A DNA stretch of 64,000 bases. Source: an uncultured Clostridium sp. GTDB taxonomy: Bacteria; Bacillota; Clostridia; TANB77; CAG-508. Below are positions 21,192 through 33,678 of the stretch, in pieces. The stretch lies in assembly GCA_947365805.1 (NCBI GenBank), contig CANAZY010000002.1, positions 597-64,596 of the forward strand. Reading direction: 5' to 3'. The stretch's first letter is position 1. Every line of letters starts with the position of its first letter. Position numbers and translations under genes: made by a program. Under the pieces are notes generated by a model that was not told the DNA's origin, did not search any database, and was given only the letters and a program-made list of their open reading frames with translations.

Positions 21192-21377
21192 CTACCAACT
21201 TGCTTTTTTTACACCTGGAATTTCACCTTCATGAGCTAATTTTCTAAAGCATACACGGCAAATTCCATATTTTCTAATATAAGCATGTGGTCTACCACAA
21301 AGTTTGCATCTATTGTATTCTCTTGTTTTGTATTTTTGTGGTCTTTGTTGTTTTATCATCATTGACTTTTTAGCCAT
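21192..21377 (-). CDS. rpsZ: 30S ribosomal protein S14 (Zn-binding type Z)
   Basis: 61 aa, CKLCGR...CRVCFR. Confidence 0.97.
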   Translation of the reverse strand: MAKKSMMIKQQRPQKYKTREYNRCKLCGRPHAYIRKYGICRVCFRKLAHEGEIPGVKKASW

Positions 21378-21396
21378 ATTTTTAATCTCCCTTCTT

Positions 21397-21936
21397 CTAT
21401 GCTTTAAAAGGCATTCCTAATAGTGTTAACAACTCTCTTGCTTCTTCATCAGATTTTGCTGTTGTTACAAATATAATATCCATACCTCTTAGTTTGTCGA
21501 TTTTTTCATATTCGATTTCAGGGAATATTAATTGTTCTTTAATACCCATTGAGTAATTTCCTCTTCCGTCAAAAGAATTTGCAGATACTCCTCTAAAATC
21601 TCTAACTCTTGGAAGAGCTACGTTAAATAGTTTGTAAGCAAATTCATACATTTTGTTACTTCTTAAAGTAACTTTGCATCCAATATTTGCTCCTTCTCTT
21701 AATTTAAATGCTGCAATTGATTTTCTAGCTTTTGTTACCATTGGTTTTTGTCCAGTAATTTGGCTTAAATCATTCATTGCATTTTCTAATGATTTAGGAT
21801 TATCTTTTGTATCTCCTAAACCTATATTAATTACGATTTTTTCAAGTTTTGGAACTTGCATAACCGATTTGTAATTGAATTTTTTCATTAATGCTGGAAC
21901 TACTTCTTTTTCATATTGTTCTCTTAATTTTTCCAT
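21397..21936 (-). CDS. rplE: 50S ribosomal protein L5
   Basis: [23 protein letters not shown]. Confidence 0.98.
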   Translation of the reverse strand: MEKLREQYEKEVVPALMKKFNYKSVMQVPKLEKIVINIGLGDTKDNPKSLENAMNDLSQITGQKPMVTKARKSIAAFKLREGANIGCKVTLRSNKMYEFAYKLFNVALPRVRDFRGVSANSFDGRGNYSMGIKEQLIFPEIEYEKIDKLRGMDIIFVTTAKSDEEARELLTLLGMPFKA

Positions 21937-21958
21937 CAGTTTTCAAAATCCTCCTTTC

Positions 21959-22267
21959 TTATTTTAACTTTGTATTACATTTTTTACAAACACGAATTTT
22001 TTCGCCTTTTTCTTCTATGTAACCAACTCTTGTTGCTTTTCCACATTTTGGACATACAACATTTACTTTTGAAGAATGGATTGCACATTCTACTGGAATG
22101 ATTCCACCTTCTTCTCCTTGTTTTCTAGGTTTTACATGTTTTTTACGAATGTTAACACCTTTTACAATGATTTTTTGGGTTTTTGGTATTACTTCTAAAA
22201 CTTCTCCTGTTTTTCCTTTATCATTTCCAGATAAAACTTTAACAGTATCACCTTTTTTTATTTTCAT
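21959..22267 (-). CDS. rplX: 50S ribosomal protein L24
   Basis: [22 protein letters not shown] motif. Confidence 0.98.
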   Translation of the reverse strand: MKIKKGDTVKVLSGNDKGKTGEVLEVIPKTQKIIVKGVNIRKKHVKPRKQGEEGGIIPVECAIHSSKVNVVCPKCGKATRVGYIEEKGEKIRVCKKCNTKLK

Positions 22268-22448
22268 TTACTTTTTCACCTCTTCTTACCATAATTTTAA
22301 GGTTTGTGTTCATTACTTTACCATTGAAGCTACAACTAATTATTTGTACATTCAATTAGCCTAAGGGCTACTCTCATTTACAAATACTAAGTCTTCGCAT
22401 CTATAATCTGTAACGCTCTAATGTCCACTGGACATTTTCGCAAACAGC

Positions 22449-22817
22449 TTATAGAACTTCTGGTGCTAATGATAATATTTTCATATATTCTTTTTCTCTT
22501 AATTCTCTTGCTACTGGACCAAAGATACGAGTACCTTTTGGATTACCATCATCACGAATAATAACAGCAGCATTTTCATCAAATCTTACATAAGAACCGT
22601 CTGCACGTCTTTGTGGTTTCTTAGTTCTTACAACAACTGCTTTTACTACTTCTCCTTTTTTTACAACACCACCTGGTGTAGCACTTTTAACAGAAGCGAC
22701 AATAACATCTCCAATACCAGCATATTTTCTATATGAACCACCTAAACAACGGATACACATAATTTCTTTTGCACCAGTGTTATCAGCAACTTTTAATATT
22801 GATTGTTGTTGTACCAT
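22449..22817 (-). CDS. rplN: 50S ribosomal protein L14
   Basis: [20 protein letters not shown]. Confidence 0.98.
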   Translation of the reverse strand: MVQQQSILKVADNTGAKEIMCIRCLGGSYRKYAGIGDVIVASVKSATPGGVVKKGEVVKAVVVRTKKPQRRADGSYVRFDENAAVIIRDDGNPKGTRIFGPVARELREKEYMKILSLAPEVL

Positions 22818-22860
22818 TTTTTTCCCTCCTTATCCTGATTTTATCGGATATCTTCATTTC

Positions 22861-23124
22861 TTATTTTACGATTGCTTTTTTTGTAATTTCAACAACTCTC
22901 CATCTTTTATCTTTTGAAAGTGGACGAGTTTCCATTACTTTTACTTCATCTCCGATTTGGCAAGCATTTTCTTCGTCATGAGCTTTTAATTTATATGTTT
23001 TTTTCATGATTTTTGAATAAACATCATGTTTTACATTTGTTTTAACAGCTACCACAACAGTTTTATCCATTTTGTTTGACACAACTGTACCAATCATCAC
23101 TTTACGAAGATTTCTTTCTTCCAT
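22861..23124 (-). CDS. rpsQ: 30S ribosomal protein S17
   Basis: [23 protein letters not shown]. Confidence 0.98.
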   Translation of the reverse strand: MEERNLRKVMIGTVVSNKMDKTVVVAVKTNVKHDVYSKIMKKTYKLKAHDEENACQIGDEVKVMETRPLSKDKRWRVVEITKKAIVK

Positions 23125-23223
23125 AATTTGTTTTCTCCTTTCTCAAAATTCGAAGAATTTTGTACTTTTCCCTATTCCCTCTTAGTTTCTTACTTTATAA
23201 AAGTGATTTAAGAAAAATACATT

Positions 23224-23427
23224 CTATTTATTAGCATCTGCTAATTCTCTTTGTCTTAATACGGTTTTGATTCTTGCAATGTCTTTTTTAACATCTCTTA
23301 TTTTTAATGGATTATCTAGTCCGTTTGTTGCATGACTAAATCTCAATTTAAATAATTCTGTTTTTAACTCACTTAACTCTTTTTCTAGTTCTGGTGAAGA
23401 CATTTCATTTATTTTATTTATCTTCAT
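23224..23427 (-). CDS. rpmC: 50S ribosomal protein L29
   Basis: ELFKLRF...[12 protein letters not shown]; position in the S10 operon. Confidence 0.96.
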   Translation of the reverse strand: MKINKINEMSSPELEKELSELKTELFKLRFSHATNGLDNPLKIRDVKKDIARIKTVLRQRELADANK

Positions 23428-23860
23428 CAATATCACCACCTATATTTTCAGTTTCTTTTTTAACAAATTTTGTTTTAATTGGTAGTTTGTTTGCTGCAAG
23501 TCTCATCGCTTCTCTTGCTAATTCTTCTGGTACACCAGCAATTTCAAATAACACTCTTCCTGGTTTTACAACAGCTACCCAGTATTCTGGAGCTCCTTTA
23601 CCTTTACCCATACGAGTTTCAGCTGGTTTCTTTGTTACTGGCTTATCTGGGAATAATTTAATCCAAACTTGACCACCTCTTTTAATGTGACGAGTCATTG
23701 CAATACGAGCTGCTTCAATTTGGTTTGTTGTAATCCATGCAGCTTCTGTTGCTTGTAATCCATATTCTCCATCAGAAACAAAGTTTCCTCTTGTAGCATA
23801 TCCTCTATTTCTACCTTTTTGTTGTTTTCTATATTTTGTTCTTTTTGGTATTAGTGGCAT
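23414..23860 (-). CDS. rplP: 50S ribosomal protein L16
   Basis: [19 protein letters not shown]. Confidence 0.98.
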   Translation of the reverse strand: MPLIPKRTKYRKQQKGRNRGYATRGNFVSDGEYGLQATEAAWITTNQIEAARIAMTRHIKRGGQVWIKLFPDKPVTKKPAETRMGKGKGAPEYWVAVVKPGRVLFEIAGVPEELAREAMRLAANKLPIKTKFVKKETENIGGDIDEDK

Positions 23861-24522
23861 TATTTGTCTCCTCCTTCCACTTTCTCTTTTTTCGTTGGAA
23901 GAACTTCACCTTTATAAATCCAAACTTTAACACCGATTTTTCCATAAGTTGTATTTGCTTCATAGAATCCATAATCAATATCTGCTCTTAATGTTTGAAG
24001 TGGAATAGTTCCTTCTTTATAGAATTCTGTTCTTGCCATATCGGCTCCACCTAATCTTCCAGATACAGATGTTTTAATTCCTAATGCTCCTGCTTTCATT
24101 GTTTTTTGCATGCATTGTTTCATTGCACGTCTAAATGAAATTCTTCTTTCTAGTTGAGCACAAATATTTTCTGCTACTAATTGAGCATCTACGTCAATAT
24201 TTTTTACCTCAACAATATTTAAATTAACTTCTTTTCCGATCATTTTTTGTAAGTCATTTTTTAAACTTTCAGCTAATTGTCCACCTTTTCCAATCACTAG
24301 ACCAGGTTTTGCTGTATATACGTTTACTTTAACGAATTTAGCTGTTCTTTCAATTTCAATTTTTGAAATACCGCTAACAAATAATTTCTTTTTAACATAT
24401 TCACGGATTTTATGGTCTTCTACTAAATAATCACTATAGTTTCTTTTATCAGCATACCATTTTGAGTTCCAATCTTTAATAATTCCCACTCTTAATCCAT
24501 GTGGATGCATTTTTTGTCCCAT
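23860..24522 (-). CDS. rpsC: 30S ribosomal protein S3
   Basis: [24 protein letters not shown]. Confidence 0.98.
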   Translation of the reverse strand: MGQKMHPHGLRVGIIKDWNSKWYADKRNYSDYLVEDHKIREYVKKKLFVSGISKIEIERTAKFVKVNVYTAKPGLVIGKGGQLAESLKNDLQKMIGKEVNLNIVEVKNIDVDAQLVAENICAQLERRISFRRAMKQCMQKTMKAGALGIKTSVSGRLGGADMARTEFYKEGTIPLQTLRADIDYGFYEANTTYGKIGVKVWIYKGEVLPTKKEKVEGGDK

Positions 24523-24550
24523 GCTAAAAATCCTCCTTTCACCTTTATAC

Positions 24551-24910
24551 TTATACTCTTTCTTTCAATACGATTGTAATATGACTAGTTCTTTTTCTTA
24601 TTCTAACAGCAGAACCTTTTGCTGCTGGTCTTATTCTTTTTAGAGTAGGACCTTGATTTGCACATATTTCAGCAATATATAATTTTTTACTATCCATAGA
24701 GTGGTTGTTTTCAGCGTTTGCAATTGCAGATTTTAATAGCTTTTCAATAATTTCTGAAGAAGCTTTTGGTGTAAATTTAACAATTGCTAAAGCTTCAGCT
24801 ACATCTTTTCCACGAATTAAGTCTGCAACGATTTTTACTTTTCTTGCAGAAATTCTAGCATATCTTAAGGTAGCTTCTGCTGTTTTTACTTCGTCCTTAA
24901 TTTCTTCCAC
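24551..24910 (-). CDS. rplV: 50S ribosomal protein L22
   Basis: [22 protein letters not shown]. Confidence 0.98.
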   Translation of the reverse strand: MEEIKDEVKTAEATLRYARISARKVKIVADLIRGKDVAEALAIVKFTPKASSEIIEKLLKSAIANAENNHSMDSKKLYIAEICANQGPTLKRIRPAAKGSAVRIRKRTSHITIVLKERV

Positions 24911-24929
24911 TTAGATTCCCTCCTTAATT

Positions 24930-25211
24930 TTATTTCTTAACATTAGATGCTTTTTCTCCTGCATGACCTTTAAAAGTTCTTGTAGGTGCAAATTCACCTA
25001 ATTTATGTCCAATCATTTCTTCTGTAATATAAATTGGCACATGTTTTCTTCCATCATGAACAGCAATTGTGTGTCCAACAAATTGTGGGTAGATTGTAGA
25101 TGCTCTTGACCATGTCTTTAAAACATCTTTTTTTCCTGTTTCATTCATTGCTTCTACTCTTTTTAAAAGTTCAGGTGCAACAAATGGTTTTTTCTTGCTT
25201 GATCTTGACAT
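24930..25211 (-). CDS. rpsS: 30S ribosomal protein S19
   Basis: [20 protein letters not shown]. Confidence 0.98.
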   Translation of the reverse strand: MSRSSKKKPFVAPELLKRVEAMNETGKKDVLKTWSRASTIYPQFVGHTIAVHDGRKHVPIYITEEMIGHKLGEFAPTRTFKGHAGEKASNVKK

Positions 25212-25258
25212 TAATTTTTTCCTCCTTCTTTTCTAAGGTAGTTAACTAACAGCTAACT

Positions 25259-26086
25259 TTACTTACGTCTCTTAACAATAAATTTGTTAGAAAGTTTATT
25301 TTTCTTTCTTGTTTTGTATCCAAGTGCTGGTTTACCCCAAGGAGTAAGTGGTCCTGGACGTCCAACTGGTGCTCTACCTTCACCACCACCATGAGGGTGA
25401 TCTACTGGGTTCATAACAGAACCTCTAACAGTAGGGCGAATTCCCATATGTCTTGTTCTACCAGCTTTACCTAGTTTTACATTTTCATGATCTGTATTTC
25501 CAACAGTTCCAATGGTTGCTCTACATCTTGTCATAACTAATCTCATTTCTCCAGAAGGTAATCTTACATGAGCATATTTTCCTTCTTTTGCCATAAGTTG
25601 TGCACTTTGTCCTGCACTTCTTACCATTTTTCCACCTTGACCTGGGTTTAATTCGATATTATGAATTAATGTACCAACTGGAATGCTTTCAATTGGCATA
25701 CAGTTTCCTGGTTTAATATCAGCTTTTGCTCCTGATACTACTTTATCTCCATCTGTTAATCCTACTGGAGCTAAAATGTATCTTCTTTCTCCATCTTCAT
25801 ATTCAACTAATGCGATGTTAGCACTTCTGTTTGGATCATATTCGATACCAATAACAGTTGCACTCATATCATCTTTGTTACGTTTAAAATCAATTATTCT
25901 GTATTTTTGTCTGTTACCTCCACCTTGATGACGAACTGTAATTCTACCATATGAGTTTCTTCCTGCTTTTTCTTTCTTTTTAGCAAGTAAAGATTTTTCA
26001 GGAGTCTTTTTGGTAATTTCGTCAAATGTTGAAACAGTCATGTTTCTTCTAGAAGGTGTATAAGGTCTAAAATGTTTCATTGCCAT
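25259..26086 (-). CDS. rplB: 50S ribosomal protein L2
   Basis: [25 protein letters not shown]. Confidence 0.98.
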   Translation of the reverse strand: MAMKHFRPYTPSRRNMTVSTFDEITKKTPEKSLLAKKKEKAGRNSYGRITVRHQGGGNRQKYRIIDFKRNKDDMSATVIGIEYDPNRSANIALVEYEDGERRYILAPVGLTDGDKVVSGAKADIKPGNCMPIESIPVGTLIHNIELNPGQGGKMVRSAGQSAQLMAKEGKYAHVRLPSGEMRLVMTRCRATIGTVGNTDHENVKLGKAGRTRHMGIRPTVRGSVMNPVDHPHGGGEGRAPVGRPGPLTPWGKPALGYKTRKKNKLSNKFIVKRRK

Positions 26087-26146
26087 TTTTTTATCTCTCC
26101 TTTTAATATTTATTTTCCTGGTTATTTCCAGATATTTTTAAGGGTT

Positions 26147-26494
26147 TTATGCTCCCATAAATTCTTCGATGGAATCTTTATATTTTTTAGAAACTTTTAC
26201 TTCTTTTCCACCTTTTGTTAGATATTTCATATCATTTGGATTTGTTTCAATTGTAACAATTGCTTTTTTCCAATCTGGTGTTTTTCCAGTATGAACTCCA
26301 ACTCTTTTTTCTTTTCCTTTAACAGTAATTGTGTTTACATTAATAACTTTTACATCAAAAAGTTTTTCTACAGCTCTTGCTATATCAACTTTTGTTGCTT
26401 TCTTATTTACTTTAAAGGTATACTTTCCGTCTTGTAATCCATCATTACTTTTTTCTGTAATGATTGGTTTTATAATAATATCTTCTGGTCTCAT
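26147..26494 (-). CDS. rplW: 50S ribosomal protein L23 (C-terminally extended)
   Basis: PIITEKS, WKKAIVT. Confidence 0.96.
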   Translation of the reverse strand: MRPEDIIIKPIITEKSNDGLQDGKYTFKVNKKATKVDIARAVEKLFDVKVINVNTITVKGKEKRVGVHTGKTPDWKKAIVTIETNPNDMKYLTKGGKEVKVSKKYKDSIEEFMGA

Positions 26495-26495
26495 C

Positions 26496-27119
<624 letters not shown>

Positions 27120-27140
27120 TTTCTAAATCCTCCTTCCTCT

Positions 27141-27770
27141 CTATTTCGCAAGCTTTACAGCTTCTCTAATTTTTAGTAATGATCCTTTTGCTCCTGGAAC
27201 ACTACCTTTTACTAAAATTACGTTTTTATCTAAGTCTACTCTTACAACATCTAAGTTTTGTATTGTAACAGTTTGAACACCCATATGTCCTGGAAGTTTT
27301 TTACCTTTAAATACTCTACCTGGTGTTGATGTTGGTCCCATTGAACCTGGTCTTCTGTGATACATAGAACCATGTCCCATTGGTCCTCTTGATTGTCCAT
27401 GACGTTTAATAACACCTTGGAAACCTTTTCCTTTTGTTGTTCCTTGAACATCTATTTTTTCTCCAGCCACGAATACATCTGCTTTTACTTCGTCTCCAAC
27501 TTTTACATCTACTGAGTCTACTCTAAATTCTCTTAAATGTTTTTTGTTTTGGATTCCTGCTTTTGCAAAATGTCCTTTTTCTGGTTTGTTCATATGTTTT
27601 TCTTTTACATCTCCGAAACCTAATTGTACAGCTGTGTAACCATCTGTTTCGTTTGTTTTAACTTGTGCTACTACACAAGGTCCTGCTTGGATTGCTGTTA
27701 CTGGAATAACAGTTCCTTTTTCATCGAAAATTTGGGTCATTCCAATTTTCTTTCCGATTATTGCTTTCAT
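27141..27770 (-). CDS. rplC: 50S ribosomal protein L3
   Basis: [22 protein letters not shown]. Confidence 0.98.
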   Translation of the reverse strand: MKAIIGKKIGMTQIFDEKGTVIPVTAIQAGPCVVAQVKTNETDGYTAVQLGFGDVKEKHMNKPEKGHFAKAGIQNKKHLREFRVDSVDVKVGDEVKADVFVAGEKIDVQGTTKGKGFQGVIKRHGQSRGPMGHGSMYHRRPGSMGPTSTPGRVFKGKKLPGHMGVQTVTIQNLDVVRVDLDKNVILVKGSVPGAKGSLLKIREAVKLAK

Positions 27771-27895
27771 TAAATTTTCCTCCTAACTATTGGCTAACTT
27801 TTGCTAGCATGGTTTTTGTTTGTGGGCACAGTAGTGTCTGTCTTTTTAGAATTTCCGCAAATGGTGCCTCTACATTGCGGTATTTTTTTTACAGA

Positions 27896-28225
27896 CTATA
27901 ATTTGATTTCGATTTCAACACCAGCTGGTAATTCTAATTTCATTAGATTGTCAACTGTTTTTTGTGTTGGATACAAAATGTCGATAACTCTTTTATGTGT
28001 TCTCATTTCAAATTGTTCTCTTGAATCTTTGTATTTGTGAGGACAACGTAAAATTGTTACAACTTCTTTTTGTGTAGGTAATGGAATAGGACCTGAAACT
28101 TTAGCTCCTGTTCTTTTAGCAGTATCTACTATTTTTTCAGCAGACTGATCTAAAACAACATGATCATAAGCTTTTAATCTTATTCTGATTTTCTCGCTTC
28201 CTACCATTTGATTTGTTGTTGCCAT
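27896..28225 (-). CDS. rpsJ: 30S ribosomal protein S10
   Basis: [22 protein letters not shown]. Confidence 0.98.
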   Translation of the reverse strand: MATTNQMVGSEKIRIRLKAYDHVVLDQSAEKIVDTAKRTGAKVSGPIPLPTQKEVVTILRCPHKYKDSREQFEMRTHKRVIDILYPTQKTVDNLMKLELPAGVEIEIKL

Positions 28226-28239
28226 AAGTATTTTCCCTC

Positions 28240-28445
28240 CTTAAAATATAATTGTACCTTGGCAAGTTTTAAACGCACCCTGGTGTTTCTTTTATCACCA
28301 TATAAAAACCCAAGTTTTTGCATGACTTTCTTGGGATAAGTGCTATTCTTACCGCCCGGTCTAAGCCAAGACATACTCCATGGAAGTTCCCTCCACCCTT
28401 ACGGATGTAGCCACATTCCACTTCATCGCAAATCTACATGCTTAT
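28240..28445 (-). promoter_or_regulatory. S10 operon promoter and structured 5' leader
   Basis: TTGACA...ATAAT promoter near 28448-28477 on the minus strand, followed by a GC-richer ~200-nt untranslated leader before rpsJ. Confidence 0.55.
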
Positions 28446-28648
28446 CTATTATACAATGCTTATAACGCTATGTCAACATATTTTTCCAATTTTGTTACAT
28501 TTTTGTAATTTTTATTTTTAATATTAGAAATTATAATCTTAATTTCCCTATTCCCTATGCTTTCCACTTCTTTCCCTTCAAAATTTGCATTTAACTTGCT
28601 TTTGTGGTATAATTGATTACATAAAATATATGTATAAGGAGATTTACC

Positions 28649-28876
28649 ATGACCAAACATTTCTCTAACTCAAAAGTAGTACGGTATGCCGATGTACCAA
28701 AGATTTTAACCCAATTAGATTCACTGAAGAAAAGTGGCGAGCTATCGCGAAACGTGAAGCCTCTCTTTCAGCCTTCTAGTGAATGCGGAAAGCGTGAAAT
28801 CGAGTTTACTTTAGAAACTACTGATTATGCTGAATTTATAAAAATGGGTACGATTTTCTTTGAACCAAATCTTTAA
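28649..28876 (+). CDS. Orphan small protein, 75 aa, with in-frame CGG at codon 12
   Basis: TGGTATAAT promoter, AAGGAG RBS, own terminator at 28886-28920; no recognisable family. Confidence 0.5.
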   Translation: MTKHFSNSKVVRYADVPKILTQLDSLKKSGELSRNVKPLFQPSSECGKREIEFTLETTDYAEFIKMGTIFFEPNL

Positions 28877-28885
28877 TAATCTACT

Positions 28886-28920
28886 AGCGATTCTTCGTAT
28901 ATCGAAGAATCGCTTTTCTT
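28886..28920 (+). terminator. Intrinsic terminator
   Basis: AGCGATTCTTCG-TATAT-CGAAGAATCGCT followed by a T-tract. Confidence 0.8.
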
Positions 28921-28980
28921 TTTCTATTGATAATTTTCCATTTTATTCATATAATACTATTAGTTAGAAAGGAGATTTTT

Positions 28981-30372
28981 ATGTTTGATGAAAAGATTAA
29001 TTTATTAAAGGAAGATATTGTTCGTTCAACATGTGATTTAATTAGAATTCCGAGTGTATTATCTACTTCTTCTAATCCATCCATGCCATTTGGTGAAAAT
29101 TGTAATAAGGCATTGGAACATATATTAGAATTAGGGAAACAGTTAGGATTCCGTACAAAAAATGTAGATGGTTATTGTGGTTACATTGAATTTGGTGAAG
29201 GAAACGATATTCTTGGTATTATTGGACATTTAGATGTTGTGCCTGAAGGAGAAAACTGGACATATCCCCCATTTAGTGCAACCATTGCAAATGGTAATAT
29301 TTACGGACGTGGTGCCATTGATGATAAAGGTCCTGTTATTGCTAGCCTCTATGCCATGAAGATTGTTATGGATAATTGTAACGTAAATAAAAGAGTTCGT
29401 CTTATTTTAGGATTAAATGAAGAAAACGATTGGAAATGTATTGAGTATTATAAAAAACATGAAGAAACACCTTCTTTTGGTTTTAGTCCTGACGCTGATT
29501 TTCCTTGCATTTATGCCGAAAAAGCATTATTAACTACTTACTTATCTATCCCTTATGATGCAAACGATAAAATAAACATTATTGATATTGACTGTAACAA
29601 TAATGCGATTAATGTTGTTCCTAAACTTTGTAAACTCACTTTATCTGTGGAGCATTCTATTTCTACAGATACTGTTGTTCACAATTTAGAAACAATTGTG
29701 AATAGTAATTCCTTTCAAATAGATATAAAAAAAGAAAACCATACGATTATTCTGACTTCTTACGGAATTAGTGCACACGCAGCTCATCCAGACTTAGGGA
29801 AAAATGCTATTTCGCCAATTTTAGTGGTATTATATGAGTTATTTAACATGTATTCTATTCAAAATGAATTAATAGACTACTGTTATCAAAATATCGGTTT
29901 AGAACATAATGGAAAAAAATTAGGAATTAATGTAGAAGATGAATCTGGAGCTCTTAGCTTAAATGTTGCTCAGTTTGATTTAAAAGATAACAAATTAGTT
30001 ATTGGAATGAACTTACGAATTCCAATTCACACTACTATTGATACCATAAAAGAAGCATTCACCTCTTCTGTTACCTCTTCTATCCATGTTCAATTTTCTG
30101 GAGAAAAGAAAGCTTTGTATGTTTCAAAAGAAAATTGGTTAATTAAAACCCTTTGTGATGTGTTTCAAAAAGAAACAGGATTAGATGCAACTCCAATTGC
30201 GATTGGCGGTGCAACATATGCAAGAGCATTCCCAAATTTCGTATCCTTTGGCGCAAATATGCCTGGAGATAAAGATATGTGTCATCAAGTAGATGAATTT
30301 ATTTCTATTGATAATTTAATACTAAGTACAAAAATATATGCAAATGCTATCTATGAATTAAGCAAAAGATGA
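28981..30372 (+). CDS. pepV: M20-family dipeptidase PepV-like
   Basis: GHLDVVP, GRGAIDDKGP, NEE, DADFP, GGATYAR, HQVDE. Confidence 0.88.
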   Translation: MFDEKINLLKEDIVRSTCDLIRIPSVLSTSSNPSMPFGENCNKALEHILELGKQLGFRTKNVDGYCGYIEFGEGNDILGIIGHLDVVPEGENWTYPPFSATIANGNIYGRGAIDDKGPVIASLYAMKIVMDNCNVNKRVRLILGLNEENDWKCIEYYKKHEETPSFGFSPDADFPCIYAEKALLTTYLSIPYDANDKINIIDIDCNNNAINVVPKLCKLTLSVEHSISTDTVVHNLETIVNSNSFQIDIKKENHTIILTSYGISAHAAHPDLGKNAISPILVVLYELFNMYSIQNELIDYCYQNIGLEHNGKKLGINVEDESGALSLNVAQFDLKDNKLVIGMNLRIPIHTTIDTIKEAFTSSVTSSIHVQFSGEKKALYVSKENWLIKTLCDVFQKETGLDATPIAIGGATYARAFPNFVSFGANMPGDKDMCHQVDEFISIDNLILSTKIYANAIYELSKR

Positions 30373-30404
30373 TTTTTACCCCCGTCCCTAAAATCATCTA
30401 ACAA

Positions 30405-30430
30405 AAAATGACCCATTAAGGGTCATTTTC
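30405..30430. terminator. Bidirectional terminator
   Basis: AAAATGACCC-ATTAA-GGGTCATTTT. Confidence 0.75.
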
Positions 30431-30439
30431 ATTTTTATA

Positions 30440-30721
30440 TTATTCTGCTGATTCTTCTGCTTCTTCAGCATCTGGAGCATCATAAGCTTCTAATATAGCA
30501 GCTTGGATTTTCTCTCTTGTTTCAGCATTGATTGGATGAGCTATATCTTTGAAATCTCCGTTTGGAGTTTTTCTACTTGGCATAGCTATAAATAATCCAT
30601 TTTGGCTTTCGATAACTTTGATATCGTGTACAACGAATTCATTATCGAATGTTACAGAAGCAACAGCTTTCATTCTGTTCTCTGAATTTACTTTTCTTAA
30701 ACGTACATCTGTAATTTGCAT
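30440..30721 (-). CDS. spoVG: Septation regulator SpoVG
   Basis: MQITDVR...FVVHDIKVI...FIAMPSRK...DIAHPIN. Confidence 0.96.
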   Translation of the reverse strand: MQITDVRLRKVNSENRMKAVASVTFDNEFVVHDIKVIESQNGLFIAMPSRKTPNGDFKDIAHPINAETREKIQAAILEAYDAPDAEEAEESAE

Positions 30722-30989
30722 TTTGCGCACCTCTTTCTCAAGTTTAATATATTTGTACAATCTATGTACAGATATATTATTCGTCATAAATAACTTTTTT
30801 CCTTCTTAATTTTACAAAAAATAGAAATTTTTTTTATTTATTTTCTTTCTTTCTCTGATAGGATACATATTTTTAACACTTTTTATGCATAATACATAAA
30901 ATAATATTGAAAAAAAACCAGTTACAGTATATAATTTATCTGTTATAAATGATATACTAGTAAATGAAAATATAAAGGGGCGAATTTTT

Positions 30990-32378
30990 TTGGCAAATAT
31001 TGATAATATAAAAAAATATAAACACGTACATATGCTTGGAATTGGTGGCGTTAGCATGAGCGGTATTGCTGAAATCTTACATAACTGGGATTTTAACGTT
31101 ACTGGTTCAGATGCTTCTCAATCGGAAATTACAAATAAACTAATCAGTAATGGAATTAGTGTTACGATAGGACATGATTTTGAAAATTTAAAAAAGGCGG
31201 ATGCTGTTGTTTATACAGCAGCAATTCATGAAAGTGACCCAGAAATGGTTCTTGCACATGAACTTGGTATTCCTATGATTGAACGTTGTGACTTTTTAGG
31301 AGAATTAACAAAGGCTTTTTCGGATACCATTGGTGTATCTGGCACTCATGGAAAAACAACCACTACTTCTATGGTGTCTGTTTGTTTCTTAAAAGCTGGT
31401 AAAGACCCTAACATTCAAGTTGGTGGAATTTTAAAACAAATTGATGGAAATTACCGAATTGGAAATAGTGATTATTTTATTATTGAAGCTTGTGAATATG
31501 TAGAAAGTTTCTTAAAATTTAGACCAAAAGCAGAAATTATTTTAAATATCGATAATGACCATTTAGATTATTTTAAGACATTTGATAATATTAAGAATGC
31601 TTTTGTAAAATATGTAAAACTATTGCCAGAAGATGGCTTCTTAGTGTTAAATGCAGATGATAAAAACTGTTTGGATTTAGCAAAATATACTGCTTCTTCT
31701 TACGTAACATATGGTATTGAAAATAAAGATGCTAATTTTACAGCTGATAACATCTTGTTTGATGATAATGGTTTTGCTGAATTTGATGTATATAAAAATA
31801 AAGCATTTTTTGAACATATCAAACTATCGGTTGCAGGGCTTCATAATGTGTTAAATGCACTTAGTTGTATTAGTTTATGTGACCATTATGGAATTTCAAG
31901 TAGTGACATGAAAGATGCTTTAGTAGAATTTACAGGGGCTCATAGAAGATTAGAATATAAAGGTTCTTATAATGACATTACGGTTTTGGATGATTATGCT
32001 CATCATCCAACAGAAATTAAAGCAACTTGTAATGCATTAAATAATAAAAAGTTTCATGAGTCTTGGGTCATCTTCCAACCTCATACGTATAGTAGAACTA
32101 AGAATTTATTAGACGAATTTGCAAGTGCACTTTCTCAGTTTGACCATGTTATTATTGCTGATATTTATGCGGCAAGAGAATCAAACACTTATGGAGTTTC
32201 TTCAAAAGACATTGTAGACCGCATTAATTCTACAAGAAGCTCAAACCATTGTGAATATATTTCAGACTTTAACGATATTGTTTCTTATATAAAGAAAAAC
32301 GCAAAACCACATGATATTATTTTAACCCTAGGTGCTGGTAATGTAACAGACTTAGGTCCTATGATATTAGAGAAGTAG
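30990..32378 (+). CDS. murC: UDP-N-acetylmuramate--L-alanine ligase
   Basis: GIGGVSMSGIA, GTHGKTTT, DDYAHHPTE, FQPH. Confidence 0.96.
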   Translation: MANIDNIKKYKHVHMLGIGGVSMSGIAEILHNWDFNVTGSDASQSEITNKLISNGISVTIGHDFENLKKADAVVYTAAIHESDPEMVLAHELGIPMIERCDFLGELTKAFSDTIGVSGTHGKTTTTSMVSVCFLKAGKDPNIQVGGILKQIDGNYRIGNSDYFIIEACEYVESFLKFRPKAEIILNIDNDHLDYFKTFDNIKNAFVKYVKLLPEDGFLVLNADDKNCLDLAKYTASSYVTYGIENKDANFTADNILFDDNGFAEFDVYKNKAFFEHIKLSVAGLHNVLNALSCISLCDHYGISSSDMKDALVEFTGAHRRLEYKGSYNDITVLDDYAHHPTEIKATCNALNNKKFHESWVIFQPHTYSRTKNLLDEFASALSQFDHVIIADIYAARESNTYGVSSKDIVDRINSTRSSNHCEYISDFNDIVSYIKKNAKPHDIILTLGAGNVTDLGPMILEK

Positions 32379-32381
32379 AGT

Positions 32382-33615
32382 TTACTCTACTTCTCTTGCT
32401 TGTTTTATCATAAGGTCTGCAAATACAGCATAACCTGCTCCTGGGTCGCCTACTAATACATGTGTTAGTGCTCCTATTACTTTATTGTTTTGAATAACTG
32501 GGCTTCCACTCATTCCTTGGATAATTCCTCCTGTTTTTTCTAGTAGTTCCTTATCTGTTACTTTTACTAACATACTCTTGTTATTTTCATTATTATTTCG
32601 GTAAATCTTCTCAATTTCTATTTCGTATTCTTTCTTTTTACCATCTTCTAAGGTACAAATAATACTTGCTTTTCCTTCTTTTATTTCATCACGTGAGGCA
32701 ACTTCCATGGCGTCATTTACATTAATGTTTAGGCTTGTGGTATTACTTAGCGTTCCAAAAACGCCAAAATCGGTATTTTTGGATATTTGTCCAATGACTG
32801 TACTATTTTCAATAGAACCTTGGATTTTACCTGGATTTCCTTTTTTTCCTTTTGTAATGGAAATGATTTTTGTGGTTACAAAGTCTCCTTTTGCTATTTG
32901 TAATAGTTTTCCTGTATCAACATCTTGAATACCATGGCCTAATGCTGCAAAAGTTTTGGTTGCTGGTTCGTAAAAACTAACAGTTCCAACTCCTGCTGCT
33001 GCATCTCTTACCCATAGTCCTAATTTGTAGTTATCATCTGTTCCTTTAGCAGGTATAATGCTTGTTTGTAACGTTGTTTCTTCTCTTATATAATCTACCG
33101 TTACTTTATTTCCTTTAGATGCATTTACTTGGTTAATTAAATCTGCAGTACATGTTACTGTGTTTTGGTTAATAGCAATAATTCTATCTCCTTCTTCAAT
33201 TCCACAATTTTCATATGGCTTATATCGTGTATTGTTGTCTCCTTCAATTTCTCCCATTCCTACCACTAATACACCGACTTGTATATAATTTTAATCCTAC
33301 GGCATTCCCTAATGGAACTACATATGTTTTCGGAATTACATTTACACTAATATCCTTTAATGGAATGGCTCCAAACAAATTTAATGTGTAATCAACTCTT
33401 CCTATTTTATTAGTAGTATCTCCTAAATTACTAGAAACTTGAATTGCACCATAATTTTCTTGGTTTTTGGTTATACTAACACCAAGAAGTGTTTTAATGT
33501 TATAATTTTCGCCCTCAAATAGCATAATGCTTTTGGGAATCGATGTGATGTTTGCTACATACATAAGTAATAATATTAAAAAACTAATCATAAATATTTT
33601 TCGAAATGTCTTCAT
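32382..33615 (-). CDS. spoIVB: Stage IV sporulation protein B (S55 peptidase, PDZ); +1 CGG recoding site at 33274-33276
   Basis: PLGNAVGLKLYTS-G-VLVVG join; GLWVRD, ALGHGI, GGIIQGMSGSP. Confidence 0.92.
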
Positions 33616-33678
33616 TTTGACCTCCGTTATTTTTATTTATGATTAGTCTTTCCATTTTTTTATATTTCAAACATGTTA

